The translations under genes and the position numbers were made by a program. This document shows, piece after piece, positions 13,087-23,985 of a stretch of 64,000 nt of DNA. The DNA lies in the NCBI GenBank assembly GCA_051362555.1, contig CM120643.1, forward strand, positions 6,448,001 through 6,512,000, written 5' to 3'. Source of the DNA: Lingula anatina (lineage: Eukaryota > Animalia > Brachiopoda). Each line of letters starts with the position of its first letter. Within the stretch, counting starts at the first letter, position 1. A model generated the notes under the pieces. That model had not been told where the DNA came from. It did no database searches and was given only the letters and a program-made list of their open reading frames with translations.

Positions 13087-13190
13087 CTCAATAATTGGCA
13101 AGGGAAAGAGTGTAATATACTTATATGTTTCAGAGAGCTCAATAATTGGCAAGGGAAAGAGTGTAATATACTTATATGTTTCAGAGAGCT
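13087..13190. repeat. 51-bp direct tandem duplication
   Basis: CTCAATAATTGGCAAGGG...TTTCAGAGAG occurs at 13087 and 13138. Confidence 0.9.
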
Positions 13191-14493
13191 AAGTTTGTTA
13201 CGGCAGTAAAAAGTGTTTTGTGTATATTATGTTGTCGTAACATATATATACCGAATATTTTGCCTTGATATAAAAAGAGTTGGCTGGCAGCAATGTAGGT
13301 CGAATTTGGTGACGGCTTTTATTTTTATAATCAAGATACATATGTGTTAATCAATTTCAGCATATGTATGGGTTGGAATAGAGTTGTTCTTTTTTTTAAT
13401 CTATAATAAACTACACTGTCCACATCAGGGATCTTCATCTCACTTAAGCCACCTTGTCAGTGAAGACGAGAAAGAATATAATTTGAATAGAAATAGCACA
13501 AATTATAAAAGTAATACTATTTGTATTCAGTGTATACCTATGACCAAAGCTTGGAAATTTCACTACTGGCAAACACTTTTGAATTCAATAAAAGTTATCT
13601 TAAGCTTGTCATTTATAATGCTATGTGTTTGTTGTATGTACGGAGGAAGGGACCACTACTGATATAATAATAGTACGAGTTTAATGTAATTAGGAAGGAT
13701 GTGGACTAAATATTAAGAGGATAACAACTGTTCGTAAGAGATTCATATTTCACAATCGAAGATAACAACTCATAGAAGTAAATAAATTCTCTTTACCACC
13801 AAAAACACGCAATTATTCTAGTAACCTCTGAAAACTAAAATAGTTCGACTATTTTTTGCAGATAAGACAAAATATTACTGAAAGAAGCGTATAAACCTTA
13901 AAACTCAGCGACTAACTAATCATGTCAAGTTTTAAAAAAAAGAATCTCTTTTAATCAAAACGGCGATGAGTGAAGCAGAGCAACACTGAATGATAAACTG
14001 ACATTCAGAAAATGAAGCAAGGTTATCTTATGTTTAAATCACTACATAAACAAATCAAGCATCTGCACAGCATGGAGAACTTATCAAAAATAAAAGTTAG
14101 AGTCAGTTGCGCAAGGCAAATGGCACTGTATGAAGTCTGATAAAGATCGAGACTCTGTGCGACCTTCGTTCCTTTTGAACCCCAATATCATTCCTATCGA
14201 AATATATATAATGTTAAGTTTAAAATAAACAGTAACCAGTCAGCATTACCATTTGCCCTTTATGAGTATCAAACGCAGAATTAGCACGCAATTAAATATA
14301 GCAAAACACAATACAAAATATAATTTAACATAACAGAAGAGATGAAAAGCATTAATAAGTATTATTTCCGAAAGAATAACACAGAAGTTTAGTGAGTTAC
14401 TGTCAAAAGTCATTAATGAGAGGCAGAAAGACTGAGAAATTAAGGGGTCAAGGATATTAATGAAAAAGCCCAAAACTAATGCAGCTAATTTAA

Positions 14494-15096
14494 AGTCATA
14501 ATAACTCTTTTTTTGGCCAAAAATACGATTTTCCTGGAAAAAACGGCAATTTTCCCGTACTTACCAATGGTCAACGACCCCATTCCTGCATTCTAAGTTA
14601 ATCCAGGGTTTTTTTCCTAAACGTACGGTTTTTTGTTAAAATCTCTTTAAGAGATTTTAACTGACGGAGCCCTCTTGTATCGAGCAATAGTTTCTGGTGA
14701 CCTACTTAAAACTGCGGGAAAAGCAGACAACAACAACACTATATAACAATATTATAAGATTCATAAGACATATTCGTCTTTTTGCTCAAAATGCATTTAT
14801 ATCTACAATGTGTGCAATTCTGGGCTTTTTGTTATCCGACGCACTGTACAAAAACTCGCAACTTACGTCTGAGGGTTTCCCGCCATGTTATTTTGGTCTC
14901 GAAACGTCATTGGCACTGGATGCACTTGTCGACCGCGAAGAAAGGCATCAAAAGCCCAAGTGACAAGCACAGATTTTAGTTTTACTACAATAACAGTCGT
15001 TTTAGTGGGAAAAATGCAATAGAATATATTTCCAGGCGTTGTTTACAATGTATTTCTTGCAGAATTTTGAATCTCAAAGGAAGAGTTATTATTGCT
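14494..15096 (+). mobile_element. Non-autonomous TTAA-targeting element (Kolobok-like), copy 1
   Basis: TTAA on both sides, imperfect TIR AGTCATAATAACTCTT/AAGAGTTATTATTGCT, homologous to 61725-62356. Confidence 0.75.
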
Positions 15097-15895
15097 TTAA
15101 TTTCCTATTAACTAAAAGGTATTTTCTACCAAGCAAAACAATTTTCTAAAGCTTGTAGTCGCAGTGTTACACGAGTGACGTAATATCAGCGTTTTGGGGC
15201 TAAAAATTGTCATTTTTTTAATCAAGGTTTTCTCTTAAACAAAAATGCCTTTCTTCACGGTCGACAAGTGCATCAAAAGCCCAAGTGACAAGCACAGATT
15301 TTAGTTTTACTACAATAACAGTCGTTTTAGTGGGAAAAATGCAATAGAATATATTTCCAGGCGTTGTTTACAATGTATTTCTTGCAGAATTTTGAATCTC
15401 AAAGGAAGAGTTATTATTGCTTTAATTTCCTATTAACTAAAAGGTATTTTCTACCAAGCAAAACAATTTTCTAAAGCTTGTAGTCGCAGTGTTACACGAG
15501 TGACGTAATATCAGCGTTTTGGGGCTAAAAATTGTCATTTTTTAAATCAAGGTTTTCTCTTAAACAAAAATGCCTTTCTTCGCGGTCGACAAGTGCATCA
15601 AAAGCCCAAGTGACAAGCACAGATTTTAGTTTTACTACAATAACAGTTGTTTTAGTGGGAAAAATGCAATAGAATATATTTCCAGGCGTTGTTTACAATG
15701 TATTTCTTGCAGAATTTTGAATCTCAAAGGAAGAGTTATTATTGCTTTAATTTCCTATTAACTAAAAGGTATTTTCTACCAAGCAAAACAATTTTCTAAA
15801 GCTTGTAGTCGCAGTGTTACACGAGTGACGTAATATCAGCGTTTTGGGGCTAAAAATTGTCATTTTTTTAATCAAGGTTTTCTCTTAAACAAAAA
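14946..15895. repeat. 325-bp tandem triplication covering the element 3' end plus flank
   Basis: CATCAAAAGCCCAAGTGAC at 14946, 15271 and 15596; copies nearly identical. Confidence 0.9.
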
Positions 15896-16850
15896 GCCCT
15901 ATAAATACGATTGAAAGAGCTATCTTATTGATCGGGAAGGTCTATACACCATTACATGTTAAAATTGGGTTGTTTGTTTCTATCTGGATGCCATAAAATC
16001 TTACTTTTGTATGCAAACTTATTTGCCCCACAAAAGCCGCTCTTCCATGAGAAATGATTGACAGCTGAGTAGGCCTACCTACTCTCGTTTCACTGACGCA
16101 ATTAATTATAATAGAGGTTGTCCGGGTTCTCAACGAGAAGACCACATTTCCCCGTGATTTTACGAGATCTGCCTTGAGGTGGGGTTAAAATATGGAGACC
16201 ACAAGGAAGTAGAGCAGCGATTTCTTTACTTGAAAAATAGCTGAACTTCCAAAATTTTTTAGCTACAGGCTTGTTCTTTTTTCACTTTATAAAGAAAAAG
16301 TATTGATATAATATGTACGTACAACTGACGTGAGATTCATTTGCAACCTTTTTGTCACTTTATGGGAGTGGCATGACTGTTTTGCTTTCAATGAGATCAA
16401 TGTTGAAAGTAGGTCCATGTACATTCTACAAGCATTGGACATTTGTAAATAAAATAATCCAGTGCTGCCAAGGGCTTAATTGCTTCATTTTTAGGTTATC
16501 ATAATTACTACATTTAAATTGTTAACTCCAGCTTATTGCAATATGAAATTTCCTACTTCTGTTTTTTGGCAAATATTCTTCAATCTTCCTTTTTCACTAT
16601 TTCCCTGATGTAGATGTCAAGAAATTAAAAAAATTAAACGAGACTTACCTTGGTTAAGTCGAAGTTTGATTTCAATTCTTTGAGTAAAGAATTGAGGGAG
16701 GGCTTAACTGAGATCCGGTTGCGCGCGCAGGGCACTTTTCAAAGTGTTTGTCACATTAACCACATGGAATTAATTACATTAATTCCCCACAGCTCTCTTC
16801 CTCTATAATACAAGCAATGAGCTGTAACCCAAAGTTGGGTGGGAGGGTGG

Positions 16851-16976
16851 CAGTTAAGCCCTCCCTCAATTCTTTACTCAAAGAATTGAAATCAAACTTC
16901 GACTTAACCAAGGTAAGTCTCGTTTAATTTTTTAAATTCTTTTTCGTAAGAAGAATTTCGTTGGTCTTAACTGAGA
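16851..16976. repeat. DIRS internal complementary region (ICR)
   Basis: 16851-16933 is the reverse complement of 16628-16710, and 16934-16976 is the reverse complement of the opposite terminus (~21225-21267). Confidence 0.9.
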
Positions 16977-17023
16977 CTTTAAAGCTTGATGTGACAAACA
17001 TTTCATTCATTTCAAAAGATTCT

Positions 17024-18145
17024 TTATTTACCCAGAACTCCATCCTGGAATCTGTCTTGATTACTTACAATGCGCTTGTCATAGAACTTCGCAAAAGTAC
17101 TTTTCTTAGACCAACCAGCTTTGTCAATAATGACTGATATAGGTACTGCAGAGGCTTTTGCCTTAGAGGTAGCTGCAGCTCTAACACTGTGAGAGCTAAA
17201 TGTATAAGTGTCTATACCAGCTCTACTCATAACAGTTTTTATCCATCTTGCTACTGTGTCTCTTGCGACATTATGATGTGGTTTCATGTAACTTATTAAC
17301 AAACGTGCACAGTTCTTGTCGTTTCTCATGACTTTCGTGCGAAACAAATATTCCTTCAATACAGTATACACACAAAGCCTCCTGTCTGGAGGGTAGGCCT
17401 TAAAAGATACTGAAACAACATTATAACCTGGCCTATTTTGTTTTAAAGAACCATCTAACTTGAACAAAAACTCAGTTCTCAATTTTTTATAACCTTGAAA
17501 ACTTAACAACTGCAAAGTTTGTGTACGTGCAGCTTGAGTCAGAGCCATGAGCATCACTAGCTTTAATGTCAAATCTTTGAGAGTTATATGCTTAACAGGA
17601 GAAAGTTTCCTCAAATATGTCAATACTCTTTCAACATCCCACACCTCTGTGTATCTGGGTTGTGATGGTCTGGCTGCAAACACACCCTTCATGTATCTGA
17701 TAATTAATGGGTGATTTCCAATTCTGAATCCATCAAAGTTTATTCCTAAAGCTGAGAGAGCTCCACATGCAGTGTTCAAACTCTCATAACCCAAACCTTT
17801 ATTAAATTGTTCAGTTAAAAACTCGATTACTGCTTCCAAAGTTGGCGAAAGTGGAGTAATCGTCCTTTTACTACAGTACTGAAACCACCTGTTAATGTGT
17901 GTGTTATATTGTTTTTGTGTCCCTGTTTTCCAAGACAACATAAGTATTTTGGTAGAGTCCTCTGAAAATCCTCGTTCTCTGAAACTATTCCTGACACTTT
18001 GCAAGCAATCAGTCTTAATTTCCCTTCCAAAGGGTGTTTCAACTGCAGGTGAGGAAGTCTTAAAAGATTCTTCTTTTTCTGTATAATGACTGGTTTCTCC
18101 ACCAACAATTCCATCAGTCTCGGAAACCATGCTTGTGTGGGCCAC
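17024..18145 (-). CDS. DIRS tyrosine recombinase
   Basis: 373-aa ORF with AAR, SHSVRAAATS, AGW and TFAKFY catalytic-box motifs; overlaps the pol 3' end. Confidence 0.92.
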   Translation of the reverse strand: MAHTSMVSETDGIVGGETSHYTEKEESFKTSSPAVETPFGREIKTDCLQSVRNSFRERGFSEDSTKILMLSWKTGTQKQYNTHINRWFQYCSKRTITPLSPTLEAVIEFLTEQFNKGLGYESLNTACGALSALGINFDGFRIGNHPLIIRYMKGVFAARPSQPRYTEVWDVERVLTYLRKLSPVKHITLKDLTLKLVMLMALTQAARTQTLQLLSFQGYKKLRTEFLFKLDGSLKQNRPGYNVVSVSFKAYPPDRRLCVYTVLKEYLFRTKVMRNDKNCARLLISYMKPHHNVARDTVARWIKTVMSRAGIDTYTFSSHSVRAAATSKAKASAVPISVIIDKAGWSKKSTFAKFYDKRIVSNQDRFQDGVLGK

Positions 18146-19944
18146 ATTGGTGCTACAATGATTCCCTTGGCTCTGTCCTGTCTGACTTTCTGCACACAGT
18201 TTCCCAGTAAGCTAAAAGGTGGAAACAAATAAACTGAGTTAAAAGTTTCCCAGTCAATGGTAAAAGCATCAACAAAGGAGCAGTTTGGATCAGGCTTCCA
18301 TGAACAATATGTTTCTACTTGAGCATTTATTCTAGATGCAAAGCAGTCTATATCTGGGATTCCCCAAAAATTACATATCTTATGAAAAATCTTGCTGTCT
18401 AATTTCCATTCAAGATCATCCTTGAATTCTCTGGAAGCCTTATCTGCTGCCTCATTATTTTTGCCAGCTATATGTGTACATGTTAACCAGACATCATGTG
18501 ATATACACCAAATCCATATGTCACATGCTACTTTATTACAGTTTTCAGAAACTGTGCCTCCCATGTTGTTAATGTATGACACTGCCGTAGTGTTATCTGA
18601 CATCACCTTAATATGCTTTGACTTAAGATCACGTTTGAGGGACTTGAGTGCATTCAAAATGGCCATTAATTCTAATATATTAATAGGCAATTTACCCTCT
18701 ACATCCGTCCATCTACCTCCAATATTATTGTTTTTATAACTTGCACCCCAACCTAAAGTGGATGCGTCTGTATGTAAAGTCTCTGAGGGGTTTGGTCTAG
18801 CAATAACCCTATGCTGGGATTTCAAGTTGACAATCCACCAAATTAAATCTGACCTCATACTGTTTGATATTATCATGGGTGCATCATAGTTACCCTTCGA
18901 TTCTTGTAAAGCCTTAATCTTTGCTCTTTCTAACTTCCTATAGTACAGTTTGCCATAATCCACAGCTGAAAAACTTGCTACTAACAACCCAATGACTCTC
19001 GCCACTTGTCTAATAGGTGCCTTTGAAACATTATACAACTCTTCGCATGCAGAAATTATTTTCTCCTGCCTGTCAAGTGGCAGTGTTACTATCATTTTGT
19101 CAGAATCAATAACATTTCCCAAAAATTTTAACTTGCTTGTTGGTCTCAAAACTGATTTGTCTTCATTTATGATGAAACCCAATTTGGACAGAAGTGTAAC
19201 TGTTGCATTTAAGTTCTCCGTACATTCTAAATCATCACTGCCAATTATTAAACTGTCATCAATGTACCCTGAACTAACATAACCTAAACTTCTCAGTTTC
19301 CCAAAAACTGGTTTAAGAAGTTTTGTAAACAATCGCGGGCCTTCACTGACCCCATTGGGTAAGCAGGTATATTGGTAGATTTTATCCCTCCACTGGAATC
19401 TAAAAAATTTTTGCTGTTCATCTGCAAGTTTAATTGAATAATAAGCCTGACGGATATCGACAGACCCCATTTTTACTTTTTTGGTTATCAATGGTAGGGT
19501 TTTCTCAAAGGTTTCCATCTTAAAATGCTGATATGGAATGAACTGATTTAATTTCTTTAGATTCAGAATTAATCTGTATTCACCATTTTCTTTTTGTCTC
19601 AAAAAAATCGGTGATAAAATTTGGCCTGCTTCACTATTCACAGGAATAATCACTTTCATGTCCAATAATTTTTTAATTTCTATGTCAATAATGGACATTT
19701 CTAACATATTAAACTTGCAATTTGATTTCACAATGGCGGGAATCCCACTGTTGAAATCTAGATTAATATGACAATGCTTTACAATGTCAAGAATAAATAG
19801 GTCACTTGTAATCAGTTTCCATTGATCAATAAAGTCAGCCAATCTACCTGCTTCAAAATAATTATTTACCTCATTTATTGCTTGGGCAGATTCCTCTGTC
19901 CCCTGCGTACATAGTTTTTTGCAAAAGAAGGCCCTGCTCCAGGA
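17827..19944 (-). CDS. DIRS pol: reverse transcriptase, RNase H, methyltransferase-like domain
   Basis: RLILNLKKLN, HFKME, YIDD, TDASTLGWG, IDCFAS and YLFPPF motifs. The frame stays open upstream of the TTG at 19842 to a TGA at ~19945-19947. Confidence 0.93.
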   Translation of the reverse strand, partial: SWSRAFFCKKLCTQGTEESAQAINEVNNYFEAGRLADFIDQWKLITSDLFILDIVKHCHINLDFNSGIPAIVKSNCKFNMLEMSIIDIEIKKLLDMKVIIPVNSEAGQILSPIFLRQKENGEYRLILNLKKLNQFIPYQHFKMETFEKTLPLITKKVKMGSVDIRQAYYSIKLADEQQKFFRFQWRDKIYQYTCLPNGVSEGPRLFTKLLKPVFGKLRSLGYVSSGYIDDSLIIGSDDLECTENLNATVTLLSKLGFIINEDKSVLRPTSKLKFLGNVIDSDKMIVTLPLDRQEKIISACEELYNVSKAPIRQVARVIGLLVASFSAVDYGKLYYRKLERAKIKALQESKGNYDAPMIISNSMRSDLIWWIVNLKSQHRVIARPNPSETLHTDASTLGWGASYKNNNIGGRWTDVEGKLPINILELMAILNALKSLKRDLKSKHIKVMSDNTTAVSYINNMGGTVSENCNKVACDIWIWCISHDVWLTCTHIAGKNNEAADKASREFKDDLEWKLDSKIFHKICNFWGIPDIDCFASRINAQVETYCSWKPDPNCSFVDAFTIDWETFNSVYLFPPFSLLGNCVQKVRQDRAKGIIVAPMWPTQAWFPRLMELLVEKPVIIQKKKNLLRLPHLQLKHPLEGKLRLIACKVSGIVSENEDFQRTLPKYLCCLGKQGHKNNITHTLTGGFSTVVKGRLLHFRQLWKQ

Positions 19945-20974
19945 TCATCCTGCCACACTCTGGGTCTTCCCCCTCCAGTAGGTCGATTAACACCTCTGTA
20001 CACAGATCCACGGCCTCTGGCACCACGTCCTCTACGTCCTCTGAGAGATCTGTCAAACAATTTATGTTTGATTTTTGAGCAATCCTCTATATCCCTTGCC
20101 ATTTTGGGAAGATCGTCTCCAAATAAAAATTTTTGGCTGTAAGTCAGCTCATGACTGCAGAGGTGAGCATATTCTCCGCTCAATTGCGGTTTCAAAAAAT
20201 CTTTCCTTGTCATATTTATCTGCCTGTTCATATGTCCCATGAGTGCTAGGACATCGTTGCAGTTTTCGATCATGCTGCCAATATGATCACTCGTGTCCTT
20301 TTCTGGATTCCTTTCGTATAAGGCCATCTGGTTTACAGTTTTAACTAAAATGTTTGCACCTTTAACCAAAGTATGTGCTATGTTTTGCATTTTCCTATCG
20401 TTTGCTTTGGTCCAACCTGGGACCTGGTCCCATATCAACTGGTTGGTTTTCATGACTTGCAGGTAATCACAGTTACCTGGCCTGTGGTTCTGTTTTATCA
20501 ACTCGTTTAAATGTTGTTCGTCCAGGCCATTCATAAAAAGATCGTTCACAGTTTTGGCCAGCACATCATCCACGTTGTCGGCCATTTCCTCCGACATGTT
20601 AAACTTCTTGGCCATGTGCTTAAACAGGTTGTCTTCCGTGTCGGGAAGATACGAGTCCAACTTCCTTTTTTCACCCGTTGTGCCTGCCTCCTCCAGCTCA
20701 ACACATTCATTATCGACGTAAACTTCGTCGTCATACTGAGAATATTGCGCCTCCATATTATCAATATACGGCTGACGATGTTCTCTAACCTGCCGTCCTG
20801 AGCGTCCACAGAGGCTTTTAAAGATACAAGTAATGACATAATATTATCCTCTGACGAGGATTTCTCCACAGACTTAGGGTTTTTGGAAGCCGACTTCCCT
20901 TTACCCTTCCTGCCATCACTCACGTGTTCAGGTCCATTTTTAGTAATGGTACTACATGTAGTTTCGTCCGCCAT
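19875..20974 (-). CDS. DIRS gag-like ORF1, split by one frameshift near 20765
   Basis: MADETTCS... (ATG at 20974) joins MEAQYSQY... if a duplicated AT is removed. Has the LFGDDL motif and an RG-rich tail. Confidence 0.8.
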
Positions 20975-22005
20975 TACACCACGTGTCCAGAAGCAGACGA
21001 CGAAACCTGACTGAAATTGCGCCAAATACCGTTGCAAACGGCAAGACCACTGTCTATAACGATATAGCATGCACCACGTGCACAATAAAAATCACCCAAA
21101 ACCACGTTTCGGTGAAAAAGATCAGCGCCTCTAGACAAATTCGCCCTACAACCAAGGAGTATTGCACCAATACTCCTTGCTTCAACTAGCGTGCAACCTA
21201 AAGTGCCCTGCGCGCGCAACCGGATCTCAGTTAAGACCAACGAAATTCTTCTTACGAAAAAGAATTTATATAGTTATCCACTCTTTCATTTTTAAATTGT
21301 CACTGTATGTTATTGTCTTTGGGATTTTAAAGAGATGCTTGTCTAAACGTGCCAGTGGATGCAAAATAGACATATTAAAGATATTGTCCATTTTTTATTG
21401 TTCTTCATTGACTGGTCAATTCATGAGATCCATTTGAACAACAAAAGCTTTATAACTGCAACTTACTTACCTTTATAAATGTTTTACTACGTATTAAACT
21501 TTATTTTTAAAGAAGTAAAATAGAATCATTTGACATTTCATTTACTGATGGATTGCATATCAGAACATTAGACTTGCCTGCATCTTTGCTTTAATTTCAC
21601 TAAATTTATAGTAACTAGTTCAAAAAGCTCAAACTTGATCATAAAGTTAATTTTCTTCATTTATTTACTTATGAAAATGATGCTATAGAAACTAGTGGAT
21701 AGCATTCACAAAATGTAAGTTTCATTGTGATCAGATCTGACTTAAATGACAGGAAAGATGACAAAAGAAAGTATTAAAATGGACAACATATAAGTTGAAA
21801 TGTTCACAGAATCATTGAATTTTATTGACAGTTATACACAAATACAACAAATAAACACAACATCAAAGGCGAACTTGTATTTGTGATCCGAGTAAATGAT
21901 ATGAAAAACAGGTGTCATATAGTTATTAAAAAAGTCACTAGAGTAACATAAAAATGATACTAGCAAGAAAAATTATTTTCTTCATTAAATTACTAGTGCA
22001 GTACA

Positions 22006-22009
<4 letters not shown>

Positions 22010-22066
<57 letters not shown>
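22010..22066. repeat. (TA)n microsatellite
   Basis: Pure TA run. Confidence 0.95.
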
Positions 22067-22068
<2 letters not shown>

Positions 22069-22555
22069 TAAAACCAAATATTTCATTTTAAAGTAATAAA
22101 GAAAATGCCTGATACTGTAAGTTACACCCAGGCAAAAATGCCATCTGTTGATTCCTGATATAATTTTAGTCAACAACATAATAATTAAGGACATATGAGA
22201 TTAATATACACTGAGCAATCTTCAACATCTGATTATCCTGACCACATGATTCTCACAGTTCTTGCCTGGTTCAATAACATGTGCTGTGTCTGTCATGCTC
22301 TAAAATAAAAAATAATTAACTCACTTAGTTTTCTGAAATATATATCATTATGTGATAAACATTGTTGTAAAATACCAACTCTAATTTCTATCTTACTTGC
22401 AATTATCATAACTGACCACCTGGCATGGAATGTTACAAACGCAACTGAACATTGTGTATACTTAATAGTTGTGGAAGGTTCACCAGTATTTCATAATCAG
22501 GTACACGTTATATGGAGACAGGAATGGTATAAGCAAATTTGTCTGATATAGTTAC

Positions 22556-22741
22556 CAGGCCCGTAGCCAGGGAGGGGGGGGGGGGGGGAGGAGTTTGGGG
22601 GGTTCGAAAGAACCACTTTTTTTGCTGGGAAAAGATCCACTCTGGGTACAATTTGATCTATGTACTTGAGGATTTTATGGTAAAAGGTCCACTTTTTCAG
22701 AAAACGACCCCCCCCCTCTAAAAGTGCTGGCTACGGGCCTG
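22556..22741. mobile_element. hAT-like MITE with 5-bp TSD
   Basis: TIR CAGGCCCGTAGCCAG/CTGGCTACGGGCCTG with GTTAC on both sides. Confidence 0.85.
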
Positions 22742-22830
22742 GTTACCGTAAAGACTATTAATCACAAGTACTAGGGCTGTATTACGTTAATAAACCATGG
22801 TGTCCTGTAAACTACACACACAAAACTTAC

Positions 22831-23136
22831 TTATTAATATGTCCCTCGACCGTTGATGACACGGTCTATACGGTGATGCCATGAAGCCAGTGACGTGTCG
22901 GGTGCTGGTTGTCTGCAGTTGGTCCCTTTCTTCCTTCAAAATACTGCGACCTGATCTGTACTTTAAATATGTCAGCACTTAGTCCTTTTAATCTGTTCAA
23001 GCCCAACTACTGTACTTCTCTTTCTTTACTTCACTTCTCTCGCCAGTCGTGTCTGTCATCCATGGTCATTTTCCTGGTTTACTCGGTTAGGTTTTACTGC
23101 AATGCACCCTACGACACAACATTAGCAATTCGCCAT
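22831..23136 (-). pseudogene. Degenerate THAP-domain exon (possible ISL2EU/Harbinger-type transposase start)
   Basis: MANC*CCVVGC start and QIRSQYFEGRKGPTADNQHPT, resembling THAP xICSxHF...PT. Ends at a GTAAG donor. Several disablements. Confidence 0.45.
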
Positions 23137-23985
23137 TGCGTTGCTCTATCTCAAATTACATGACAACGCCAAATTTTACTCAATGCAATCCTATAACATA
23201 GACTTGTGCCCCACCGCGAGAGAAGTTTCAATGGCAGATTTTAACCCCACCTCTCGTGAAATCTCGCTCCAATCCAGGTCTCGTTTGACGTCATCTGCTG
23301 CGCAGATGTTCAAAAAAGGCTATCTCGGATGTTCCCTATTGTGCCTGTCGCAGTAGGAGTCTGTGCACTGTCTAGGAAGTGTCTAAGGAAGCGCTAACAA
23401 ACAAAAAGCAAATTACTTGAGGTGCAAGCAGAGACAATGCCTCCCGTCGTGCGTGGACGCCTCTCTACACACCAAGACGCCCCCCACAGTAGCGGCGCTT
23501 AACAACGGAGGCGGAGCCTGAAGGCTGCCATGCGTACCAGTCAGGACAAATAGAAAAACTCATCCAAATGTGTATTTTTAGTAAGTGTTGCAAAAATATA
23601 ACATAATTCAGAATTAGATCCAATATTGATTATTTCTAACATTTAAAAAACCAAAAATCGAGTTTTAGACGTAATATAATTTGTAATATCTTTGACGCCT
23701 TCAGGTACATATATCTGGAGCCAGTGACCTTTGCATATTGTACAGCACAACACTGCGCCACTGGATACTCTCCTTTTTTCCTGATGTTCAACAGGGAGAG
23801 GCTCAGCTGCCAAGCATGCAAGGTAAATACACTGTAGTATGCATACAGATGCATTCTATCTCACACCTATCAGTCAGTCAGGAGTAACATGAGCTGTTGA
23901 TCAGTGGTAAGCTACATATGTAGCTGTCCAACAGTGTAGACATACTTTTCACATATTGCAATTACAATCAGTGTTTGTTCAATTC

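Larger units (their letters stand above)
16628..21267 (-). mobile_element. Full-length DIRS1-type tyrosine recombinase retrotransposon
   Basis: gag, RT/RH/MT and YR ORFs. Inverted terminal repeats 16703-16738 vs 21200-21235, right extension 16628-16702, ICR 16851-16976. No TSD. Confidence 0.95.

Noticed and set aside
17024-18145. Tyrosine recombinase as a phage integrase or bacterial contamination
   Set aside because: It is embedded in a complete DIRS architecture within intron-rich eukaryotic DNA
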